Source of the DNA: Candidatus Borrarchaeum weybense
Lineage (GTDB): Archaea; Asgardarchaeota; Sifarchaeia; Borrarchaeales; Borrarchaeaceae
Reading direction: 5' to 3'
Length of the DNA: 64,000 bases
Assembly (NCBI GenBank): GCA_019057385.1
Contig: JAHQJS010000005.1
Span: 96,001-160,000, forward strand
The notes under the pieces are model-generated. The model saw only the letters and a list, made by a program, of their open reading frames with translations. It was not told the DNA's origin and did no database searches. Below are positions 20,341-28,000 of the stretch, piece by piece. Each line of letters opens with the position of its first letter. The stretch's first letter is position 1. Both the position numbers and the translations under genes were made by a program.

Positions 20341-21699
20341 TTATACTTTTGGCAAGATTTCGAGCGATTTATCGATTTGTTCCTGTGGCATTTCATAGTC
20401 AACAAGGTTTCCAGCGAGATATTCTTCATATCCTTTTAAATCAAAATGACCGTGTCCGCTGTAATTAAAAGCAATCACTTTTTCTTCACCAGTTTTTTTA
20501 CATTTTTGTGCTTCTTTGATCACTGCAACGATAGCATGATTGGTTTCTGGCGCTGGAACGATCCCTTCTGTCTTTGCAAAGATCACTCCTGCTTCAAAGG
20601 TTTCTATTTGATGGTATGCAACGGACTCCAAGATACCTTCTTTTTGCAGTAGACATAAACTGGGGGCGTCTCCGTGGTATCTTAATCCTCCAGAATGAAT
20701 TGGTGGTGGGACAAACTCGTGCCCAAGAGTGTACATTTTCACTATAGGAGCTAACTTACCAGTATCTCCGTAATCGTAGGCATAAGGTGCTCTTGTCAAT
20801 GTAGGAACCGCCTTCGGCTCAACAGCAATAAATCGGATATCTTTTCCTTTCAATTTGTCTGGAACAAACGGATAAAAGAACCCTGCAAAATTACTGCCGC
20901 CTCCAACGCAGCCAAGCATCATATCAGGATATTCCCCAATCTCTTCAAACTGTTTTTTAACCTCCTGACCTACAATTGTTTGATGTAGCAGGACGTGATT
21001 GAGCACGCTTCCTAGACTGTACTTAATTTTATCGTCGTTTAGAGCATCCTCCACAGCTTCAGATATTGCTAAACCAAGGCTTCCAGGATGGTCAGGATTT
21101 TCCTTTAAAACACTTCGTCCGACCTCTGTATTATTAGACGGACTTCGGAAAACTTCGCTGCCATAAGTCTGCATTAATACGCGTCTATACGGTTTCTGGT
21201 CGTAACTGACACCAACCATATATACACGGCATTTTATGTCAAAAAGGGCACATGCGAGGGAGAGCGCACTTCCCCATTGACCTGCACCTGTTTCAGTTGT
21301 AATTTGTTCTACACCTTCTTTCATTGCAAAATACGCTTGGGCGATAGCTGTGTTGGGCTTATGACTTCCCGTAGGGCTGAGATCCTCTCGCTTATAGTAG
21401 ATCTTAGCTGGCGTATCCAAATACTCCTCAAGCCGTTTTGCCCGATATAGTGGGCTTGGTCTACCTAATCGCCTGTAAGCCTCTTGTAACTCTTCAGGAA
21501 TAGGAATGTATCTTTCTGGGGACATCTCCTGTTGTAGAAGTGCAACAGGGAACAAAGGCATTAAATCAGGAGGACCACAAGGTTCTTTCGTTACAGGGTG
21601 TAACGGAGGAGGGAGAGGGGCTGGTAGGTCGGCTAATACATTATACCATTGAGTTGGTAACTCATCAAGGTTTAAGACAACTTTTACACCATCATACAT
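20341..21699 (-). CDS. trpB2: Tryptophan synthase beta chain, TrpB2 type
   Basis: [17 protein letters not shown] (PLP Lys), [28 protein letters not shown]. Confidence 0.96.
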   Translation of the reverse strand: MYDGVKVVLNLDELPTQWYNVLADLPAPLPPPLHPVTKEPCGPPDLMPLFPVALLQQEMSPERYIPIPEELQEAYRRLGRPSPLYRAKRLEEYLDTPAKIYYKREDLSPTGSHKPNTAIAQAYFAMKEGVEQITTETGAGQWGSALSLACALFDIKCRVYMVGVSYDQKPYRRVLMQTYGSEVFRSPSNNTEVGRSVLKENPDHPGSLGLAISEAVEDALNDDKIKYSLGSVLNHVLLHQTIVGQEVKKQFEEIGEYPDMMLGCVGGGSNFAGFFYPFVPDKLKGKDIRFIAVEPKAVPTLTRAPYAYDYGDTGKLAPIVKMYTLGHEFVPPPIHSGGLRYHGDAPSLCLLQKEGILESVAYHQIETFEAGVIFAKTEGIVPAPETNHAIVAVIKEAQKCKKTGEEKVIAFNYSGHGHFDLKGYEEYLAGNLVDYEMPQEQIDKSLEILPKV

Positions 21700-21742
21700 T
21701 TTCAATCACCTCAAATTTTTTAGATTTCTATTTTTATTTTTC

Positions 21743-21748
21743 AAAAAA
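21743..21748 (-). terminator. Oligo-T tract between Trp leader and trpB2 (candidate attenuation terminator)
   Basis: T6 on the minus strand, 41 nt after the leader stop. Confidence 0.4.
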
Positions 21749-21789
21749 GTTGGAAACGAGGGGGTATCAATAGCTGTTGAAATAGTGGG

Positions 21790-21843
21790 CTACTGCCACC
21801 GCCAAGAATGCCAGGGATGCCAAGAAAAGTTTGAAAAGCTCAA
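21790..21843 (-). CDS. Trp-rich leader peptide (MSFSNFSWHPWHSWRWQ)
   Basis: TTG-started 17-aa uORF with 4 Trp in the last 10 residues, between a BRE/TATA and trpB2. Confidence 0.7.
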   Translation of the reverse strand: MSFSNFSWHPWHSWRWQ

Positions 21844-21886
21844 AGCTAAGTCAATTAAAAATTCAGGAGTAAAATCTGTTGGAGTT

Positions 21887-21903
21887 TTATAAAAACCTTT
21901 TTC
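21887..21903 (-). promoter_or_regulatory. BRE/TATA promoter for Trp leader-trpB2
   Basis: GAAAAAGGTTTTTATAA on the minus strand. Confidence 0.6.
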
Positions 21904-21951
21904 CGGGCAGGGTGGTTTAGCTTCAAGACTGAGAGAAAAGAAAAGACATTT

Positions 21952-21988
21952 TGTTAAAGCAAATCCCATTGGCGCAATCAAACCACCT
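21952..21988 (-). repeat. Motif B, copy 1 (similar to 23672-23709)
   Basis: + strand TGTTAAAGCAA..CC(A/G)TTGGCGCAATCAAA..CC(A/G)CCT at both sites. Confidence 0.85.
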
Positions 21989-22035
21989 AATCTGCCTATT
22001 TCTTTAGGCTTGTTATTTAAATCTTTCTCTGTTTT

Positions 22036-22183
22036 ATTACATTTTTCGTCCCCTGCGAGTCATCCATTCCCAACAATTGAGGCGTCGGACCTCTGAATTG
22101 GTTCAGTCTCATGCACAAGAACGTGTCCCACGTGATATACGAGGAACATACCGCCTTGTAACTCATGTATTCTCTTTCAAAGA
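22036..22183 (-). ncRNA. Long structured repeat, copy 1 (candidate guide-RNA scaffold)
   Basis: 139/148 identical to 23447-23594; own TATA upstream; nested hairpins on the minus strand. Confidence 0.65.
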
Positions 22184-22186
22184 TTC

Positions 22187-22194
22187 TATATAAA
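22187..22194 (-). promoter_or_regulatory. TATA box for repeat copy 1
   Basis: TTTATATA; predicted start site ~22166. Confidence 0.55.
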
Positions 22195-22351
22195 CACCGC
22201 GATTCTGCTAAACCAACTTTTTCTTACCACTTTTCGATCCTGAAAGCAAAGCAGAGCTGAGTTTTCTACAGCTTATTTTTATCCCTCATTAAGTTGCTTC
22301 CTGAAAAAACGAATTTTTACTGCCACTCCTCTCGAAAACAATTTAACGTTG

Positions 22352-22534
22352 TCACTTCTGTCGATTTTGCATCGCTCCCCACCTTGAAGATTTCTTCCTG
22401 TTCGTCAAATTTAACTCATGATGTTCCGCTAGGAGCCGATACAAGTTGTAACGTGGCAATAAAAAGTTGCATTCGAGGCAACAAAATGTTGTTTTAACAG
22501 ATTCAATACAATGATCCATTCTTGTCATGTTCAC
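22352..22534 (-). CDS. Small putative Zn-finger protein coupled to the Cas5-HD gene
   Basis: Overlaps the upstream stop (GTGA); CLEC..HH. Confidence 0.35.
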   Translation of the reverse strand: MNMTRMDHCIESVKTTFCCLECNFLLPRYNLYRLLAEHHELNLTNRKKSSRWGAMQNRQK

Positions 22535-23343
22535 AAACCACTATTCAAGTCGTCAAGATAGAGATTTACCATTAATAAGAGATGATTTTTCAAAGACGAA
22601 AACCCAAATTTTAACGCTTCGTTGATCTTATCAAGTGCTTGACATTTTCGAATAAAAGTATAAAGGGCATACGGGGAATATTGGCACTTTTCTATCTCTC
22701 TTTTTAATGCATCGAAATTTATCTTTTCTAGTTCAGTCACACGATAACGCGTGAACGCAGACCATCTAAATTTTCGAGAAATCATTGCAGAAAGTCTATC
22801 ATAATACTGAAGAAGAGGGAGAAGAGGCAATTCAGCCTCATCTGTATCATAGTTGTGGTGATTTTCCACAAACTTACGGACTTCTTCATCAAGTATATTA
22901 ACTTCAGAGTAGATTTTGCTCTGATGTCGATTAGTGTGTACGAAATCATGTAGTAACATAGCTATAACTAATGTTTCTTGCACGTTGGAGAGTTTAGGGA
23001 GTTTTTTACGGATCTTAATTGTTCTTGAAATATAGAGCGGATTTTTTTTGAGTTTACTAACAGAAGTCCATAAGATTTGCCCCATCCCTTCACATGTATA
23101 ACTCCCAACACTGTCAATGGCGAGCGCTTCTTCAAGTTTATATTCTGGAACGATGAACTCAACATTTCCATACCATGCCCTAAAGGTCATAGGCGCACGT
23201 CTTTGCCCTACAGTCAATTTTCCGAATACCCTAGGACGACCATTTATGGTCATCGCTCCAATATCGGCAATTCCAAAATGCCTGCGCCTTGAAACGATAG
23301 GAGTTTTTGTATAACCCATTAATTTAAAGTATTTTTGTGACAT
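22531..23343 (-). CDS. RAMP (Cas5-like)-HD nuclease fusion
   Basis: N-terminal YFKLMGYTKTPI strand and G-rich loop VGSYTCEGMGQI; HD motifs LLHD..HH..YDRLSA with C-terminal SLKNH (Cas10-type permuted order); GAGGGG SD. Confidence 0.75.
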   Translation of the reverse strand: MSQKYFKLMGYTKTPIVSRRRHFGIADIGAMTINGRPRVFGKLTVGQRRAPMTFRAWYGNVEFIVPEYKLEEALAIDSVGSYTCEGMGQILWTSVSKLKKNPLYISRTIKIRKKLPKLSNVQETLVIAMLLHDFVHTNRHQSKIYSEVNILDEEVRKFVENHHNYDTDEAELPLLPLLQYYDRLSAMISRKFRWSAFTRYRVTELEKINFDALKREIEKCQYSPYALYTFIRKCQALDKINEALKFGFSSLKNHLLLMVNLYLDDLNSGL

Positions 23344-23365
23344 TTAATCCCCTCTTTTTAGGTCT

Positions 23366-23396
23366 TATCTCCTCTTGAAACAAAAGAGAGGAGATA
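23366..23396 (-). other. Perfect 10-bp hairpin closing the copy-2 variable segment
   Basis: TATCTCCTCT-N11-AGAGGAGATA. Confidence 0.7.
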
Positions 23397-23397
23397 C

Positions 23398-23446
23398 AAA
23401 CCTTGCCAAAGTAAACGCTTTTGCAACTTTTATTAGTAAAGTGGGT
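23398..23446 (-). other. Variable segment after repeat copy 2: putative guide matching the cas7 promoter (24727-24776)
   Basis: 35/40 ungapped match with mismatches at positions 1, 6, 24, 30, 36, then 9 more matches after a 1-nt gap. Confidence 0.7.
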
Positions 23447-23594
23447 ATGACATTTATCGTTCCTTGCGAGTCATCCTTCCCCAACAATTGAGGCGTCGGA
23501 CCTCTAAATTGGTTCAGTCTCATGCACAAGAACGTGTCCCACGTGATATACGAGGAACATACCGCCTTGTAACTCATGCATTCTCTTCCAAAGA
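23447..23594 (-). ncRNA. Long structured repeat, copy 2
   Basis: Near-identical to copy 1; AT-rich TATA-like sequence upstream (~23600-23612). Confidence 0.65.
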
Positions 23595-23671
23595 GATACT
23601 ATTATTAATATAGTACACGTACAGGCGTCAAGAAGGAAGGAGAGGATTAACCTCTCCCTAAAGTAGGACGG

Positions 23672-23709
23672 TGTTAAAGCAACATCCGTTGGCGCAATCA
23701 AAACCGCCT
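23672..23709 (-). repeat. Motif B, copy 2 (within the variable segment after repeat copy 3)
   Basis: Matches 21952-21988; associated stem TACAGGCG (23620-23627)/CGCCTGTA (23705-23712). Confidence 0.85.
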
Positions 23710-23717
23710 GTATTTTG

Positions 23718-23845
23718 ATGACATTTTTCGTCCCCTGCGAGTCATCCTTCCCCAACAATTGAGGCGTCGGACCTCTAAATTGGTTCAGTCTCATGCACAT
23801 GAACGTATCACTCACAAAAGTAAGTGATAGTCCGTTATGAGATGA
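23718..23845 (-). ncRNA. Long structured repeat, copy 3 (core 23718-23806; 5' part structurally equivalent but different in sequence)
   Basis: 85/89 identical to the copy-2 core; replacement hairpin at 23806-23829. Confidence 0.65.
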
Positions 23846-23868
23846 GAAAAAAGAATGAGATGGAGTTA

Positions 23869-24687
23869 TCATGCAGTCACCGTTTCTTCGTTTTGTTCGT
23901 TTTGTTCGCTAAAATTCAAAGAATCCCTCCAATCCTCGATATTACTGAGAGAGATAGGTTTTTCAGTTGCTTTTTCGACAATTTTATAATTTCCTTTGTT
24001 ATCTTCCGCGACATTGCGAGTAGTTTCGATCTTCTGGAGGTCGAAATTGAAAATCGTGACGCGACCATAACCACTCGCTCGTCCTGCGCCCAGAATCTCA
24101 ACATATAATAGCGATTCCATGAGAAACTTGATTTCTGTATTCGTTAATTTGGTCACATCAATGTAAAAACTGAAATAGCCGCTGAAATAACTCTCCCTAA
24201 AATCTTGGATAGCTATACCATCATAGGTGAGCGCAATTCTGTTTTCACTAGCGATATGGACTTTTTGGACTGGAACTTCAGTTAAGTATTCTTTATGTTT
24301 GATTGAGGCAATAGGATCTGCTAACACATTAATAGAAGATTTCTCGCCAAATGCACCAAAGATTTTTCGCAGAATGCAGGGAGGATCACATGTACCAAGT
24401 GCATGAAAACCAGAAGGGATGAGTCCAGTGCCATCTTTGAATGTCTCCTTTTCACTGGTATGACATACCTCGATACCGCACTCCTGAGCGAGCGCCATAC
24501 AGGCATGTCTTAGCATCCCTCGAATACCTTTGATATAATAGAATTTAGTGTTGAAGGTTTTGTCTCCATTCACATACGGAAGTTCTCCTAACAAAAGCAT
24601 GGTCGAATTTTTTTGAATCGAGGCATTAAGAGGCTTAGCAATAGGGGTAAAAGCATGAACCACTAACTGTTTTTTGATTTTTCTCAT
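23869..24687 (-). CDS. cas7: Cas7-group RAMP protein (Csm3/Csf2-like)
   Basis: AFTPI, KGIRGMLRH helix, Cys cluster C..C..C-ILRKIFG, ENRI thumb, C-terminal LGAGRASGYGRV G-rich loop. Confidence 0.85.
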   Translation of the reverse strand: MRKIKKQLVVHAFTPIAKPLNASIQKNSTMLLLGELPYVNGDKTFNTKFYYIKGIRGMLRHACMALAQECGIEVCHTSEKETFKDGTGLIPSGFHALGTCDPPCILRKIFGAFGEKSSINVLADPIASIKHKEYLTEVPVQKVHIASENRIALTYDGIAIQDFRESYFSGYFSFYIDVTKLTNTEIKFLMESLLYVEILGAGRASGYGRVTIFNFDLQKIETTRNVAEDNKGNYKIVEKATEKPISLSNIEDWRDSLNFSEQNEQNEETVTA

Positions 24688-24721
24688 GTTTCTAACCTCA
24701 ATTATAGTTAGTACAAGTACC

Positions 24722-24776
24722 TATATAAACCTTGCTCAAAATAAACACTTTTCCAACTTTTATTAGTAAATTGGGG
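24722..24776 (-). promoter_or_regulatory. cas7 promoter (AAGGTTTATATA) and putative protospacer
   Basis: TATA at 24722-24729; upstream sequence duplicated at 23398-23446. Confidence 0.7.
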
Positions 24777-24780
24777 AATT

Positions 24781-24866
24781 AATTGACTTCCTTCTGAGAA
24801 AATAAGTATTTTAAACGGCTTTTAGCAAAAAAATCATTAAAAAAGTAGAACCCCCTTTATAAATAA
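24781..24866 (+). repeat. 86-bp degenerate direct repeat, copy 1
   Basis: 66/86 ungapped identity with 30135-30220. Confidence 0.8.
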
Positions 24867-25033
24867 CAACGTATTGAGACGATTTGTATTATTGTCTTTT
24901 TAAAAGAATAGTTGAACAATTTAACAAAATGAAACATTCTTGAAGATTCAAAAGGAATAAATTTATGGTCTCAACTGAACTAACACACGTTTTTAAAAGA
25001 ATATGTATACTATAACTGATTCTTAATTAAGTA

Positions 25034-28000
25034 TTAGGGTAAAAGATCCTTTACAGCAACTGGAGGACCTTTTTTCGGTGGTTTATAGATGCCTTCCAGA
25101 TGTTGAAACCGCTCATACATCAAGTGGAGAGTTTCCTTATCTGGAGCGTAGATAAAGGGGACAAAGCGCTTTTTTTCCAACAAAAAACCCTTGAGTTGTA
25201 GTGCGCACCGCCTTATAGCTTCCTTTACTGTCATATATTCTTCTAGATAGTATACCTTTTGAGCGAGTATGTTGTTAACCAATCTCTCAACTTTGTAGTG
25301 TCCATTCCAGTTAAGATGATAGAATCGTTCACGCTCTAGTGTTTTACGTCGAATGAAATCAGTTTTCGCAAATTTATCATGTATACATGCAAAGATGAAG
25401 GCGAACCTGAACAGGGGAAGAAACACCTCTCGGAAGTCAACAACAGTGCCAAGAAAAGATCTTTGTTTTTTCTTATAATGCAATATCAGTTCGTTGGGTA
25501 CCCAGGAGAACCCTGCCTCAGCGAGTGCTTTTCGACAGTAAAAGTTAAGGTGTCGATAGACAGCATTGAGTGCAGCACTAAAGGGAGTTCGCGCCTTTGC
25601 TTCCCCCAGAAGCACCACTGTGGCAATATAGCGGTCGAGGGTACGACTGATGATTTCAAAATAACTGCCCTGAAGCAAATGCTTGGGAACCTCCCAGGCA
25701 ATGCTTTCCACTACGCCTTCAAGACCGCGAAGGTTGTCAATATTGCCCCGCCAATAGAGAAACGTATACGCCACGCGATCCAGTAGTTGGGATAAGAATT
25801 CCTGTGCCTCTGCAGGAGATAATAATCCCTCTTTTTCAAAATGGAGAATTGCATTGGCGAGTCCCATATTTTTACTCATCACCAGCAACCTCGCTAATAA
25901 CTTGCCTCGTTCCGTCTCTCTGAGTTGCTGGGCGGCGTGTTTCAGTTCATCGGCTAATTGTTGTTTCTCGGGTGTCAGTGTATGCTCTACAAAGAATCTG
26001 CCTTCGGGCGAATTAATATCAATGAGTTTTTTACCATAGTTCTTACGAACCTGTTGCGTAACTTCTCCACCCTCGATGATGATGTGACGGATAGCACCGA
26101 TTAAATATCGCTGTGTTGTTTTCCCGTCCTTTAAGGAATGAGTAAATCGTTTTTTCTTAATATCAAGCTGTTCACCGCACTTGACACGGATGATTCGTTT
26201 TGGTCGTCGAATGTAAACCCTTGTTTTTTTAACCCGCGGGACATAATTTCCAGCCTTGCCTAAAAGCAATTCCAACCCTTTTAACATCAAACCTCGGCGG
26301 CCTGGTTTCACCACTAGGTCACCTTTCATGGTTAAATAATAGCGGGAATTGCATTCAGGACAGACGGTGTATTCGTTATAGCGTGACGGCAGTTCCACTG
26401 TACCGTCGGAGTTGCAGAAGTAGCATGGAGTATCATCAAGTGTTTCTTGTAAGACACGAATTGTGCGCTTTTTTAACTTCCGCGCTTTCGTATGATATTC
26501 GCAGGCACCCATCTTTGGTGCGACATAAGACTTTCTTGCTCGCCTTCCAACTTTTGTGTTATACTTACGATTCAACACGCAAATATGTGCACGTTTCGAT
26601 CTGCGACGGTCCTTCATGGAGTTTATCCGAAAGAAGCCACATGAGCCACAGGTGAGGCGCAGATGTTCAGGAAGACTCACATTCACATCTGCCACATAGA
26701 TTTTGGGGCGACCTCGTAACTGCCCTTGAGAGATAAACTGGATTTTTCCCTGGATTCCTAACCGCTTGACATGTTTAACTACCGTGGTGTAGTGAACTGG
26801 TCTTTTATATTGCTTACGAACTTTTGTCGTAATTTGTTTATAAGAAATAAGTTTATACTGTTTAATAAAGGTGTAGATTGCTTCCTGAAGTCCTGGATAT
26901 GGTTTCGGTCTATGTTTTGGATACCAGCGTCTCCTTCTGCCTTTGTTCCCTCTTTCAACTTCAGGCTCTTTGTATTCAGGATTTAGTTTTGAGGTAAGTT
27001 CTTTAGCAACCCTTGCCGCCCTCGGGTCGCTGCGCCCCAGATAGTCATAACTTGCTTCTGCGATCCATGACGCCGTCTTTCTATGTGCTTCTGCATCACC
27101 CGGTCTTATGTTTACCCGAGTTGCCGCTTCTGTGACTGAAGAACCCTGACTGAGTAACCATACGAAAGAGGTATATTGTTGGGTGGTGTATCGTGTGGTG
27201 CTGCTCACTTCATGCATGCTTCGCCCGATTAGTGTAATCACGTGCCGGGAGAATTCCCGTTCTGAGGAGCAGTGATGTGTGGCAAAAAAATTCTTGATCC
27301 TGATGGCGGTTTTAGTCGGCAGTAAAAATTGGCTGGCCCAGCGTCCTTTGGCTGTTGCACTAAACTTTCCACCATTTCTTTTGATAAAACCTTCCTTGAT
27401 AAGTGTGTGAAGGATTCCCTCTCTTTTTTTCTTCGGTTCATCCTGCTTAGGTCGAGCTAACAGTTTCTCTCTTAGTTGTTGTGTAAAGTCTTTCAACTGG
27501 TCGTGGGTGAATGGTGTCAACAGTAAGCGAAGCTCTCCATTTTTGATTCCGCGTGTAGTGGTGTTCTTCTTGACCCACATGAAGAATTTTCTCGTTACGC
27601 GTTTCAAGTCGAATGGGAGAGAGCCTTCGTGCGTTTCGCGCAATAAGGAGAGTAAATGAAGTTCGTTATTGAGCCAGCAAAGCTCCTCCTCATGAGTCAA
27701 GAGTGCGGTATTCATTAGTTCGGACCAATTCTGTAGCAACGCTTTGTGTTGATGCCAGAAGTAATGTCTTTCAAGTTTGAGGAGCAATTGTTTCGTGGAT
27801 ACCGAGCCTCTAGCTATCAGGGTGAGTACAATATCTGCCAAAGAAGAACGAGCTTGGCTTACTATACGATGTTCTTTGACTATCAATTGTCCTTCAACGA
27901 TTTGAATATCCTTTTGCTTCAAAATCTCTTGGTCGTCCCCCACGAAGATCAGATCGGCATAGCCCACCCGATGATGGCGCGGTCGTGCCGCCCTGCCGCT

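Noticed and set aside
21790-21981. 63-aa ORF-track protein
   Set aside because: It spans the trpB2 TATA box; only the last 17 codons (the Trp leader) are plausibly translated
23721-23750. Hammerhead ribozyme in the repeat (GAUGA..GAAA)
   Set aside because: The core reads GGAUGA rather than CUGAUGA, copy 2 has GAUA instead of GAAA, and stems I/III were not found
22036-23806. Canonical CRISPR array
   Set aside because: Repeats are 89-148 bp, only three, and are separated by a gene; there is no 25-45-bp repeat/spacer periodicity
21743-24761. Scattered AAAAGTT(G/T)(G/C)AAA motifs as transposase binding sites
   Set aside because: Short and AT-rich, and already explained by the Trp leader, its T tract and the promoter/guide duplication
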